Source of the DNA: Octopus sinensis
Lineage: Eukaryota
Assembly: GCF_006345805.1 (NCBI RefSeq)
Contig: NW_021833884.1
Coordinates: 1 to 53,496 of the forward strand
Direction: 5' to 3'
Length of the DNA stretch: 53,496 nt
Shown piece after piece: positions 1 to 12,035 of this stretch; positions within the stretch are counted from its first letter, which is position 1; each line of letters begins with the position of its first letter. The translations under genes and the position numbers were made by a program. Below the pieces are notes generated by a model. It ran no database searches. It was not told the origin of the DNA and saw only the letters and a list, made by a program, of their open reading frames with translations.

Positions 1-181
1 TTTCTTCTTATTCTTCTTCCTTCTTCTTCTTCTTCTTCTTCTTCTTCTTCTTCTTCTTCTTCTTCTTCTACGTATTATTATAATATTGTTATTGTTGTTG
101 CTGTTGTTGTTGTTGTTGTTGTTATTATTATTATTATATTATTATTATTATTATCATTATTATTATTATTATCATTATTAC

Positions 182-218
<37 letters not shown>

Positions 219-248
219 GTTGTTGTTGTTGTTGTAGTTATTATTATT
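1..248. repeat. Compound microsatellite (TTC)n-(TTA)n-(TTG)n
   Basis: Direct reading of the trinucleotide runs. The ORFs over it are homopolymeric artefacts. Confidence 0.97.
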
Positions 249-981
249 CCTTCTTAACACAGTGTAGGTAAAAATGCACTGGAGTCTTTAGTCATCTGTC
301 AAGTCACAACAAGGACCTCAGACAGATAACACTTTCCTTAAGATGTGCGCTGTGCCCTATGAGGCTGCTTTTTGCAAGACATCAATCTTGCATGGGATTT
401 CCAGTTGCCTTAAGAAGCTTTGAAGTTTCAATGGGATTGAGCTTAACGCTCCGATCACCACTGGTATCACTTTTACATTACCCTCCCGCATTCCATGCAG
501 TCTTGCCATTTCCAATTTCAATTCGTAGCACTTGGTGATTTTTTTCAACCTCTTTACTCACAACATTCATGTCATTTGGTATGGCTACCTCAATGATCTG
601 ACAGTATTTGTCTCTCTTATTCAATATGACAATATCCGGCCAACAATATTCGATTACACGATCAGTCTGAAAATTATAGTCCCAGAGTATCGTTAATTTT
701 TCCATCCTCCTGCATAAATTTACTTGGTACCTGCTCATAACAGTTCTCTGTTACTTCATATTGGTATTTACGGCATAAGAGCCAATGAAGATACACATAC
801 AGTTTATCGTGGCGGCACTTGTATTCTTTTTGTGCAAGGCTCTCACATCCATTTACCAAGTGGGTCACATTTTCCACACTCTTTCTACAGAGACTGCATT
901 TCTGGGTGTTAGAAGTTTCATAGATATTATACTTCGCTGAATTAGTAGCGGGAGCCTGATCTTCTGCAGCAGTGATCAGGC
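249..981 (-). mobile_element. 5'-truncated R4/Dong-like non-LTR retrotransposon (CCHC knuckle plus restriction-like endonuclease), frameshifted
   Basis: The minus strand reads LITAAEDQAPATNSAKYNIY..CSLCRKSVENVTHLVNGC (C-x2-C-x7-H-x4-C)..RHDKLY..ILWDYNFQTD..PDIVILNKRDKYCQIIEVAIP (PD..E endonuclease core)..VIPVVIGALS..LQKAA..GTAHILRKVLSV. There is (TAA)n on both sides. Confidence 0.88.
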
Positions 982-992
982 ATTATTATTAT

Positions 993-1136
993 TAATTCCG
1001 CCGAGGTCGGCTTTGCCTTTCATCCTTTCGGGGTCGATAAATTAAGTACCAGTTCACTGGGGTTAATGTAATCGACTTAATCCGTTTGTCTGTCCTTGTT
1101 TGTACCCTGTGTTTAGCCCCTTGTGGGTAGTAAAGA

Positions 1137-1140
<4 letters not shown>
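993..1140 (+). mobile_element. SINE family A, 5'-truncated, with Tx1-like 3' tail
   Basis: Core aattccgccgaggtcg.ctttgcctttcatcctttcggggtcgataaattaagtaccag recurs across the window. Ends ...tttagccccttgtgggtagtaaagaaata followed by (ATA)n. Confidence 0.85.
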
Positions 1141-1182
<42 letters not shown>

Positions 1183-1184
1183 TA

Positions 1185-1244
<60 letters not shown>

Positions 1245-1317
1245 GTCACCATTATTTTTCTTGTACTTTTCGTTCTGTTTCCCTTCTGCTGCTGCTGCTG
1301 CCGCTACTACTACTACA

Positions 1318-1363
<46 letters not shown>

Positions 1364-1395
1364 ACTAATAATACTACTACTACTACTACTACTAC

Positions 1396-1425
<30 letters not shown>
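1141..1425. repeat. Compound microsatellite (AAT)/(ATT)/(CTG)/(CTA)
   Basis: Direct reading. Confidence 0.95.
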
Positions 1426-1426
<1 letters not shown>

Positions 1427-1520
1427 CGTTTAACGTCCGCTTTCCATGCTAGCATGGGTTGGACGGTTCAACTGACGTCTGGGAAGCCCGAAGGCTGCAC
1501 CAGGCCCAGTCAGATCTGGC
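1426..1520 (-). mobile_element. 3' tail of an RTE-like LINE or RTE-tailed SINE
   Basis: Reverse complement ends ...gcatggaaagcggacgttaaacg followed by a trinucleotide tail. The family call is from recall only. Confidence 0.45.
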
Positions 1521-2149
1521 TAATAATAATACTAGTACTAATACAGCTACTAATACAACTACTATTACTACAATACTACCACTACAACTACTATACAATC
1601 GAATACATGGTAAAAGTGACGATATTGCTGGGGAGTTCTATAAAAATCGAAACATGCTCGGAGTTGTCACCCTCATAGTAACCAAAAATCAGACTCGTTC
1701 TTCGCTCGTTGACTCCGAGTCAACTCATTTCACTAGCTTTAAATGTGTGTGTTGTTTCCCGTGTCTTGTCCAGAACTAACCACATTAAACCAATGATTAT
1801 ATTTTTCATCTACTGATGTGCGTAATTTCGAATAATTAAATATTGTTGCTCCCTACAATAACCATTTTAAAACTTCATGGTTATTCCAGTAATGATGCAA
1901 AATATCTACAAAAAAAAAAAAGGACTGGTATTTTCTTCAAGTTTCGCTGCTTCAATAAACTTGATATATCTCCACCAAAATTAGTTTCAAGCAAATGATG
2001 GATTGGTATGCACAACAGCTTTCCGCAATTAAGGATGAAGAAAATGTCAATGGCTATATCTGATTTCCACAGTAGCAGGGTTAAGTATGTTAGCATGCAT
2101 TATATTTCTTAAGGCTCCATGATTCTACGCAGTATTTTACCATAACCCT

Positions 2150-2376
2150 ATTTAATACTACTTTCAAACTTTGGTACAAGGCCAGTAATTTGGGGGGTGG
2201 TGGTTAAGTCAATTACATCGACCTCAGGGCTCAATTGGTACTTCTTTTATCGACCCTGAAAGAATAAAAAATAATGTCGACCTCAACAGAATTTGAACTC
2301 AGATCAGGAAGACTGACAAAATGCCGCAAAGCATTTTGTCCGGCATGCTAACGGTTCTGCCAGCTCGCTGCCTCAA
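2150..2376 (-). mobile_element. SINE family A (tRNA-derived head)
   Basis: Minus strand: aggcagcgagctggcagaaccgttagcatgccggacaaaatgc..ctgagttcaaattctgttgaggtcgac. Has Pol III A-box and B-box-like motifs plus the family core. Confidence 0.85.
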
Positions 2377-3291
2377 CCTCATTTAATACTGCCAACTCTT
2401 CTCCCACAGCAATCTTACTTTGGCCAGTGTCTTCTTTAAAACAGGAAAACATTAGCCAGTTGCCTGGAGGCCCTGCGTGTTTAAAAGCCCTACAGTTTTA
2501 GGGACCCAATGCTTAATTTATGTATACTGTAGTCTGTGATGTGCGACCAGTAAATAAACAGGGTTCCGAGCGCATTGTTTTGCTCAGAGGTCCATAAGGC
2601 TGTTAAGAAGGCCCTGGTTATGAATCTATCTCTTAGAGATAGCGTGTAAAACAACTATTGCTTCGCGAATAAAACGGTTGCTAAACTCTCTCTGTTCCTG
2701 GCGACATTTACTCATTCAGCATCTTAAAAATAACGATCGAAAGTGGTCGTCAACTAGAACAAACTGTTAACCTAGTTATTGTTGAATCGTTCATTGAGTA
2801 AGAGCTTCCCTAGTTATGATCTGGGTATGCTACGACATCTCTGCCAAGAAAATGATAAAAAAAAAAATTTAAAGGATGTAACAGCCAAGCTCAGAAAAAA
2901 AACAAGGAAAGAAAAAGCGGTCAGCTGTTTTCTAGAGTGAAACCCAAACAGTAACCGTGATGTGATAATAGCTAATAATAATAGAAAAATAACAATACTT
3001 AAGTAGTTTAGTCAATGAAACCAGCTACAGTGGAAAATGTGTGCATGTATGTATGTATGTATGTATAAAAAATATATACACATATATATACATATATATA
3101 GACGTATAAATATATATACATACACACACAAAGGCAAATGCATCATATATCATATGTGCGTATATATATAAATATATATATGCACATCTATATGTGTGTG
3201 TTTGTATATATAATATATATATTTACAAGCATATATAGATATACGTAAACATATATATGTGAATATGCATGCTTATTATATACATACGCAT

Positions 3292-3378
<87 letters not shown>

Positions 3379-3413
3379 ATGATTATATATGGATATATGA
3401 ATATATGAATATA

Positions 3414-3454
<41 letters not shown>

Positions 3455-3580
3455 CATACATATATGTGTGCATGTGTACGCGCGTGTGTGTGCGCGTATG
3501 TATACGTATACATATACAAATATATATGGGTACGTGATATAAACTTTACAATGTACCCTATATTTTGGGGGTTTAACTAT

Positions 3581-3770
3581 TGTTACCGTTGATTGTTAGA
3601 CGTCGTTACCGACAAATTAATCATTTCCCTGCGCTCCACCACCCCGCCCTTACGTATCCTTCCTTCCTCGGTGGCATTTCCAACTGTAAATATACACTAA
3701 GCACTAAATAAATATAATGTAATTTATTTCAATTCGTTTTCTCATTGCCTCGCCTGAACTTTAGGTAACA
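3581..3770 (+). mobile_element. Candidate solo LTR (190 bp)
   Basis: Starts TGTTACC and ends GGTAACA (7-bp inverted termini, TG..CA), with an internal AATAAA. No matching target-site duplication found. Confidence 0.4.
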
Positions 3771-3897
3771 TACTTCTTGTGAATTAATCTTCAGCAAGTG
3801 TTCTCAATGTAATGGGGTGTAGCATGCAGACACTTGGACTAATACAAACTGAGTAAGCATTCTGGACACGTACTGTTTTATATAACTACATAGATAC

Positions 3898-3962
<65 letters not shown>

Positions 3963-4019
3963 ATATGGATATATATGCATATATATATGTATATAAATAT
4001 GGGCGTATGTATATTTAAT

Positions 4020-4057
<38 letters not shown>

Positions 4058-4163
4058 GTATGTGTATAAATGCATATATATATATATATATGTATATATT
4101 TGCATGTATATATTATATATATATATATATATGTATATGTGTGTGGGTGTATAAGTTGTATAC

Positions 4164-4205
<42 letters not shown>

Positions 4206-4317
4206 AACACACACACACATATATATTTATATATATTCGTATACACACACGTATATATTTGTGTGAGTGTCAGTGTGTGGTTATGTATATGTATATTAGT
4301 ATATATACATGCATATA

Positions 4318-4710
4318 TGTGGTTAAGAAGTTTGCTTCTCAACAACGTGGCCTTCGGTTCAGTCCAAACACGCGCCACCTTGGGTAAGTGCCTTCTAGTA
4401 AGGTCCCGAGCCGACTAAAGTGTTTGCGAGCGGATTTCGCAGACGGAAACTAAAAATATATCTATGTGTTTGTGTGTGTGTCTGTCTGTGCTTGTTTTGT
4501 ATTTGTCTCACAACCACCCCTTCACAAACGGTGTTGGCTTGTTTACGTTCCTGTAAGCTAGCGATTCGGTAAAAGTGATCGATAGAATAAGTACCAGGTT
4601 TTTAAAAAACAATGATTACGGTGGGATCGATTCATTCGACTAAAAGTTCTTCAAAATGGTGTCCCAGCGTGGCTGCAGTCTAATTACTGAAATCAATAAA
4701 ACATAAAATT
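4318..4710 (+). mobile_element. SINE family B (tRNA head, CORE-like block, internal TG repeat, 3' module), diverged
   Basis: ggttaagaagtttgcttc..ggttcagtcc..ccttgggtaagtgccttcta, then a TG tract, then ..gatagaataagtacc..cccagcgtggctgcagtctaattactgaaa. Confidence 0.8.
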
Positions 4711-4901
4711 TTAAAATACATGTATAGAGGGGGTTACCAAAATAATGGAAACGCCACTTTTATGTAAGAATTTCTTTTACTGTTAATTCAAGACCTTCTA
4801 ATTCGTATATATGTGCCACATCCATTATGTCTGCTTTGCACTTCATATAGGCTTCAGTGTTTTCTTCCGTTTCATTCTCTTTTCTGTGTGTCTGTATATA
4901 C

Positions 4902-4955
<54 letters not shown>

Positions 4956-5065
4956 ATGTATTTATGTATGTATATATGTATGCATATAGGGGTTGGACAA
5001 AATAATTGGAACAGTAGAAATTTAACTTCAATATTTCAATGAGCCATTATATTACGAATAACCAC

Positions 5066-5240
5066 AAGGCTGCGAGCTGGTAGAAACGTTAGCACGCCGA
5101 GCGTTATGATTAACTGTATTCTGTCTGTCTTTACGTTCTGAGCTCGAATTCCACCGAAGTCAACTTTTCATTTTATCCTTTCGGGATGGTTAAATTAAGT
5201 ACCAGTTGAGTACTGGGGTCTATCTAATTGACTGGGCCCC
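5066..5240 (+). mobile_element. SINE family A inserted in the Tc1 element
   Basis: aaggctgcgagctggtagaaacgttagcacgccg..ctgagctcgaattccaccgaagtcaac..aattaagtaccagttgagtactggggtc. Confidence 0.85.
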
Positions 5241-5750
5241 TCCCCCAAAATTTCCGGCCTGGTGCCTAGAGTAGAAAAGTCTATTGCGAATGCCCCTCCC
5301 CCGAAATCTCCGGCCTGGTGCCTAGAGTAGAAAAGTGTATTGCGAATGCCCCTCCCCCGAAATCTCCGGCCTGGTGCCTAGAGTAGAAAAGTCTATTGCG
5401 AATGCCCCTCCCCCGAAATCTCCGGCCTGGTGCCTAGAGTAGAAAAGTGTATTGCGAATGCCCCTCCCCCGAAATCTCCGGCCTGGTGCCTAGAGTAGAA
5501 AAGTCGTATTGCGAATGCCCCTCCCCCGAAATCTCCGGCCTGGTGCCTAGAGTAGAAAAGTCTATTGCGAATGCCCCTCCCCCGAAATCTCCGGCCTGGT
5601 GCCTAGAGTAGAAAAGTCTATTGCGAATGCCCCTCCCCCGAAATCTCCGGCCTGGTGCCTATAGTAGAAAAGTCTATTGCGAATGCCCCTCCCCCGAAAT
5701 CTCCGGCCTGGTGCCTAGAGTAGAAAAGTGTATTGCGAATGCCCATCCCC
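5237..5750 (+). repeat. Minisatellite, 56-bp unit, ~9 copies
   Basis: Unit cccctcccccgaaatctccggcctggtgcctagagtagaaaagtctattgcgaatg. The first unit is continuous with the SINE A 3' tail. Confidence 0.95.
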
Positions 5751-6969
5751 GTTTCCTTGTGAGTGTTTTCTGGGTATTGTAAATGGTTTTATTTATCTAC
5801 TTCAATGATTTTTTTCTATCTCCTTTTCAGATCGTAGTATAAATTAAGCTAAGATGCGTGACCTCTTTGGTTTTTCAAGAGCAACTATATCAAGGACCAT
5901 GGCTGAATTTGAGAAGCAGGGCAAAACCACCAGCAGGAGGAATAAGTTCGAAGCTCACTTGAAAGAGACCGACGTGTGTTTAATCACGTTGTGATGAAAA
6001 ATCACCGGACAACTGCCCCTAAAGTGACAACAGAGTTGAATCAAAATCTGACTAAACTAGTTTCGACCAAAACTGTTCGCCGCTAGCTCAAAAAAGCTGG
6101 ATATAGTGGAAGAGCCACCATCAGGAAACCTCTGATTTCTCATCAAAACATTCAGAAAAGACTGAAATGGTGTAGAGATCACAAGAGCATGTTGACATAC
6201 CAATGGAAGCAAGTAATATCATCCGACGAATCCATTTTTTCTATTTTCCCTCTGCAGAGCGAGTTTACGTGTGGAGACAGCCCGGGGAAGCTTTTAATCC
6301 TAACAAACTTCTTCCTACAGCGAAGCACGGCGAAGGGTCTGTGATGGTTTGGGCAGTCGTTCTTGGAATTCTCTTGATCAATCGTTGCCCTGCATGGTAG
6401 GATCAACAGCAATGATTATCTGAATATTTTGGGAAATCAAGTCCTTCCCATGATTCAGACATTATTCCAAGGGTGAGGGCAGCTTCCAGATGACAATGTT
6501 CCAATACACACCTCTCATGTGGTTAAGAATTGATATGAAGAGCATGGTAGGGAGCTACAACACATTAAGTGCCCCCACCCCTTCAATCCCCAGATTTTAA
6601 TAATATTGAGCATCTGTGGTGCATCTTGGAGCGGCAAGCTAGAAGTCGTTGCTCTCCACCGTCGTGTCTGCAACAGCTGGAGTAGGCTTTGCAGGAAAAA
6701 TGGCTCAAGATTTTTCTCAATGAAGTCAGGAAGCTGCATGAGTCAATTCCTAGACGCATCGAAGCTGTTCAGAAAGCTAAAGGAGGACCAACAAGTAAAT
6801 ATTCACTGAATTTAGCACGAGTTCGAATTATTTTGTCCACCCCTGTATATATATATCGGCTTCTCGTATATATATTGTTGTTTATATGTATATATATATA
6901 TACCTATGTATATATATGTGTATATATATATACATATATATATATATGTATGTATACGTATATGTATGT

Positions 6970-7072
<103 letters not shown>

Positions 7073-7179
7073 TATGTATAAATATATGTATATATATATA
7101 TATATGTATGTATATCGTCAGTGGGTCATATATCCGAAAATAAGCACACTCTAAACGTTAGAGCAGTACTGTATTTTCA

Positions 7180-7368
7180 GGAAGTTAATTATATGTCCGG
7201 TGATAGAGTGAGCAATGGTTTCACATCCATAAAGCGCTTTGCCTCATAGACGAGTCATCAGATTTCAAGGTCGCGGACATTGGAGTTTGACGAGTCGCCT
7301 ATAAGGCTAAGCGCTTTATGGATGTGAAACCATTGCTCACTCTATGACCGGACATATAATTAACCTCC
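7180..7368. repeat. Fold-back element with 60-bp arms (7180-7239 / 7309-7368)
   Basis: The arms are reverse complements with 2 mismatches. Weaker pairing continues inward (gcctcatag / ctataaggc) and outward. Confidence 0.9.
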
Positions 7369-7437
7369 AGTAAATATATACGTATAGCTTTGATAACTTA
7401 GGTTTCGGATACGTTTCGGCCAGTATAGGTCCAGGCC

Positions 7438-7588
7438 TTTGTTTGTAGTCCTTTCAAACGCGTCCACCACACACATTCTTTTGCCATAGACATCAGCGTA
7501 ACGAAAACCGTTTTCCCTTCTCGTTTAAAGAAAGGTGGTGGAACAATATTCACGACAGACTCGGCCGATAGGCGGGCCCGACCTACAC
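7438..7588 (-). mobile_element. L1/Tx1-like ORF2 C-terminal fragment (diverged copy C)
   Basis: VGRARLSAESVVNIVPPPFFKREGKTVFVTLMSMAKECVWWTRLKGLQT aligns with the copy at 8621-9412. Confidence 0.8.
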
Positions 7589-7600
7589 TATCTATCTGTG

Positions 7601-7643
<43 letters not shown>

Positions 7644-7842
7644 ATGTATGTATGTATGTATGTTAATCCCAATATGAACAAAGTGAAAACACAACAACGC
7701 GAGGACGCTCAGGAAGGAAAGAAAGAAGGCGGATTTAAAATTTCGAGCGGAGCTCTTCGTCAGAAACATAGAAAAAGGAAAGGTCCAAGGAAGGGAAGAC
7801 GGAGAAAGAAAATCACCGATACACACCCGATCACACACACAT

Positions 7843-7913
<71 letters not shown>

Positions 7914-7955
7914 AAGACAGACAGACAGACAGACAGACAGATAGACAGATAGATA

Positions 7956-8602
7956 AGTTTCTTTATTGGCCACACAGGGCTGCACACAGATGGGACAAGT
8001 TACAAGGTAGAGCTTTTCTTTTGGGGGATGAAAAAAGGGGGTGGCGTAGGTTTTCGATCAAGAGGGATCGTAAAAGGGAAGAGAAGAACAAAAAAAAATA
8101 AAAAATGAAAAAAATAAATAGAATAAAAAATAAAAAAAAGAAAAGAAAAAAAAAGAAAGGGAAAAGGAACAAAAGAAAAGAGAAATGAAAAAAGAAGAAA
8201 AAGGGGAAGAGGAAAAAAAAAAAGAACGATCAATAGGGATCGTGTATCACAGTGTAATGATATATGGTGTAAAGGGGAAAGCAAGTAAGGTTTATCCGTG
8301 GGAACAAAAGCCTACGAAAAAGACCACGGTAACCTTGGTCAATATTGTTATATGTTACCACATTTGTTTGCAAGTGGGTAACCCTCTGTTTTCAATTTCT
8401 GGGTTCATAGGATTATGCTCAAGGTGGCTTCGTCATTCATACGTGCCATCCTTGCTACATTCACCCATCTTTTTTTAAAACATTCGCTAGACAAAACTTG
8501 CCTCTCTACTCTCACTTTCCTTTTCAAGTGGTACTTGAAGAAGTTGATGAGAGATTGACCAGAGAGGAAAGTGTTTGTCTCCAATCCTTTCAGACGCGTC
8601 CA
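7956..8602 (-). mobile_element. L1/Tx1-like LINE 3' fragment (copy B)
   Basis: WTRLKGLETNTFLSGQSLINFFKYHLKRKVRVERQVLSSECFKKRWVNVARM..TLSIIL*, then a U-rich 3' UTR and AATAAAGAAAC followed by (TATC)n. Confidence 0.85.
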
Positions 8603-8620
8603 TAGATAGATAGATAGATA

Positions 8621-9412
8621 TGTTTCTTTATTAGCCACACAGGGCTGCACACAGATAGAACAAATTACAAGGTAGAGCTTTTCTTTTGAAGGTTTAAAAA
8701 AAAAAAAAAAAAAAAAAGGAAGGGGGAGTTTCGATCAAAAGGGATCGTAAAAGGAGAGAAAGAGGACAAAAAAAAGGGGGGTTTTAAAAAAAAAAAAAAA
8801 AAAAAAAAAAGGGGGAGAGGAAAAAAAAATTGATCAATAGGGATCGTTATCACAGAAATGTCAATATGAAGTGTAAAGGGGAGGACAGGTGAGGTTTACC
8901 CGTGGAAAGAAAAGCCTACGGAAAAGACCACGGTAACCTCGGTCAATGAAGTCACATTTTATATTTCTTTTTTTTTTTTTTTTTTTTTTGCAAATAAGCA
9001 ACTCTCTGTTTTCGATTTCTGGGTTCATAGGACTATGCTCAAGGTGGCTTCGTCATTCATACGTGCCATTCTTGCTACATTCACCCATCTTTTTTTAAAA
9101 CATTCGCTAGACAAAACTTGCCTCTCTACTCTCACTTTCTTTTCAAGTGGTACTTGAAGAAGTTGATGAGAGATGACCAGAGAGGAAAGTGTTTGTCTCC
9201 AATCCTTTCAGACGCGTCCACCAGATACATTCTTTCGCCATAGCCACAAGGATGATGAAAATAACTCTTCCTTCACGTCTGAAGGAAGGAGGCGTGACAA
9301 TATTGACGATAGACTCAGCTGATAAACCGACTCGTCCCACACGTGACAGCAGTTGTTCGACATAAGCCCACAGGTCGGAAATTGTTGGACACTGAACGAG
9401 TGCGTGCAGAAC
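8621..9412 (-). mobile_element. L1/Tx1-like LINE 3' fragment (copy A)
   Basis: VLHALVQCPTISDLWAYVEQLL is the H-x4-C..W tail of the L1/Tx1 zf-RVT knuckle. Same 3' UTR as copy B, with (TATC)n at both junctions. Confidence 0.85.

Positions 9413-9494
<82 letters not shown>
9413..9494. repeat. (AGAT)n microsatellite
   Basis: Direct reading. Confidence 0.97.
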
Positions 9495-9495
<1 letters not shown>

Positions 9496-9884
9496 GCTGA
9501 TCCTGTACCCTGTAACTCTGGACTTTCCGCAAGTTGCCAACGTTTTTCAGAGCCTCCGCAATAACGTACTCTTGGGTCTTTTGACGGGTCTGTCTGGTCG
9601 GCAGTTAAGGCCCGGGTTTTTGTCTCAACCAAGATCTCCATGCTAATCCCCGACTAGTTTTTCTTGACGATACCTGTTTACATCTAACATCGTGTTTTCT
9701 CAAAAACATCCCGTCAATCAGCAGCTGTTTTATTCTGACAGTGCATTCAGTTATTTCAGCTTTCACTGTTCGATATATATATATATTTGATTTCTGCACA
9801 GGATTATCTCTCTATGTGAACTTCTCAGATCTATCTCACTTGTTCACTCCCGCAAATCCGGCCTAAATTACGAAGTCTATGTTG

Positions 9885-9990
<106 letters not shown>

Positions 9991-11146
9991 TTATCCTATC
10001 TTTCTTTCTCTTTCTCCCTCTGTCTCGTTTTTTCACACTCTCTCGCTCTTTTTCTCTCTCTCTCGCTCTTTTTCTGTCTCTCTTTCTCTTTCTCGTTCAC
10101 TTTCTCCCTCTCTTTCTCCCCTCTCTCTCCCTCTCTCTCCCTCTCTCTCCTTGCTTATGTTTGTGAGCATATTTGTCTTTATGTGGATGAAGAGAGGAAA
10201 AGCGTATTCAATTAATAAATTATTGTCTCTCCCAATCTCCGTCTCCCTCACTCCCTTTCCCTCCCTCTCTCTTCCACTTTCATTCCCCTCTCTCCTCTCT
10301 CCTCTCTCCCTCTTTCTATCTCTCTCCTCCTCTCCTCCTCTCCTCCTCTCCTCGTCTCCTCACTTCATCTCTCTTTCTCTCTCTCTCCATGTGTATATAT
10401 TTCTGCACGTACGTGTTTTCTCTGTGTATGTGTGTGTGTGTGTGTGTGTGTTTGCGTCTGTGTGTCAGTGACTGTGTGTCTGTGTCTGTGTATGTCTGTG
10501 TGTGTGAGTGTGTGTCTGTGCCTCAGTACTAAAAACTACAGTCGCTAAAACAAGTTGTGTCCAGTAATTTCTGCCAAATTACCAGCGCCCAAGAAAGCTG
10601 CGCCGATACGTCTTATTCCAAAGAAAGTCTACTACCCTACTCAAGGTTCGGCCCTACAAACAAGCTTCCTCGCAGTTTCTGGCTAACAGATTGTCGTAGA
10701 GGGTACATGCGCAAGGTTCTGCATCGTAGAATCAAACCCCAAACGAAATGGTTACGAAGCAAAGTAGCTGCGTATGAAACCTTTTAACCGCACACGGTTG
10801 CAGCCCGAATGAAATTTATATGGTTTCCAGGTTTAAAAACTCCTTACTGGACATCTAGAGTAACCGAGATTAATGAGGTGGTATTAGACGCAACGTGATA
10901 TCTAATCATTTATGGACAAGAATATCTTGTAGAATATTTGATAAAACCACACATTGATGTATGTGTAAGGAAACGTGATATTATGTGCATGTATATTTAC
11001 ATATATACGCATACATAAAGTTATGTATATGTATGTGTATGCGCGTGAGTGTGTGTTTATGTATGTATGTGTGTGAATGTATGTATACACACCGCTTGTA
11101 TGAACGCATACATATATATATATATATGTATATATAGATATATATG

Positions 11147-11190
<44 letters not shown>

Positions 11191-11263
11191 TATATATGTA
11201 TGTATATATGTATATTGTATAATTATGTATACATACAATATATATCTGTGTGTATATATATAC

Positions 11264-11312
<49 letters not shown>

Positions 11313-11317
11313 CATAC

Positions 11318-11368
<51 letters not shown>

Positions 11369-11693
11369 TGCATGTATACATACATACACGCTACACATAG
11401 TGTCTCTTACCCCTTAATATGCAATATCCTGTTATATATACATTTACATAAATAACAATGAAAACGCAGACAGACGCACAGACACACGTACAGATGCATA
11501 CACACACACACACGATACATGGTGTGTGAGTCCCACTAAGTCTGGAAGATCTTGTTGCAATAACAAAAGAACAAAAACTGCTAAATTGCCATTCTGCCTT
11601 CTCTTTTCTCTGTTGGACATTGGAATAATTTCTGGTGTCTTTGCCTTCATATATGTGTGTATGCTTGCAAGCGTTTATGTATGCATGTAATTA

Positions 11694-11742
<49 letters not shown>

Positions 11743-12035
11743 ATGTGTGTGTGTGCGTGTATGTATATATGTATGCATGTGCATATGTATATACACACAC
11801 ATATATATATATATTTGCCACCTAAATGTGGTGGACCCATACGGGATGATGGTACATATATATATATATATACATTTGTATATCTGTATGCATGTATGTA
11901 CGTATGCGTGTACATATGTATGTGTGTGTATGTATGCCTATGTATATATTTTGCTGACATACACACACACACATGCACACACTCACAAACACACACACAC
12001 ACACACGCGCACACACACGCACATATATATCTATA

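Larger units (their letters stand above)
4987..6845 (+). mobile_element. Decayed Tc1-family (DD34E-like) transposon interrupted by a SINE and a minisatellite
   Basis: TIRs tagggGTtggacaaaataattggaac and gttcgaattattttgtccacccctg, flanked by TA. Transposase fragments KTVRR..GYSGRATIRKPLIS..RLKWC..SDES..VMVW..FQDDNVPIHT..IEHLW, with stops and frameshifts. Confidence 0.92.

Noticed and set aside
5237-5750. Regular repeats that might suggest a CRISPR array
   Set aside because: Head-to-tail identical units without spacers.
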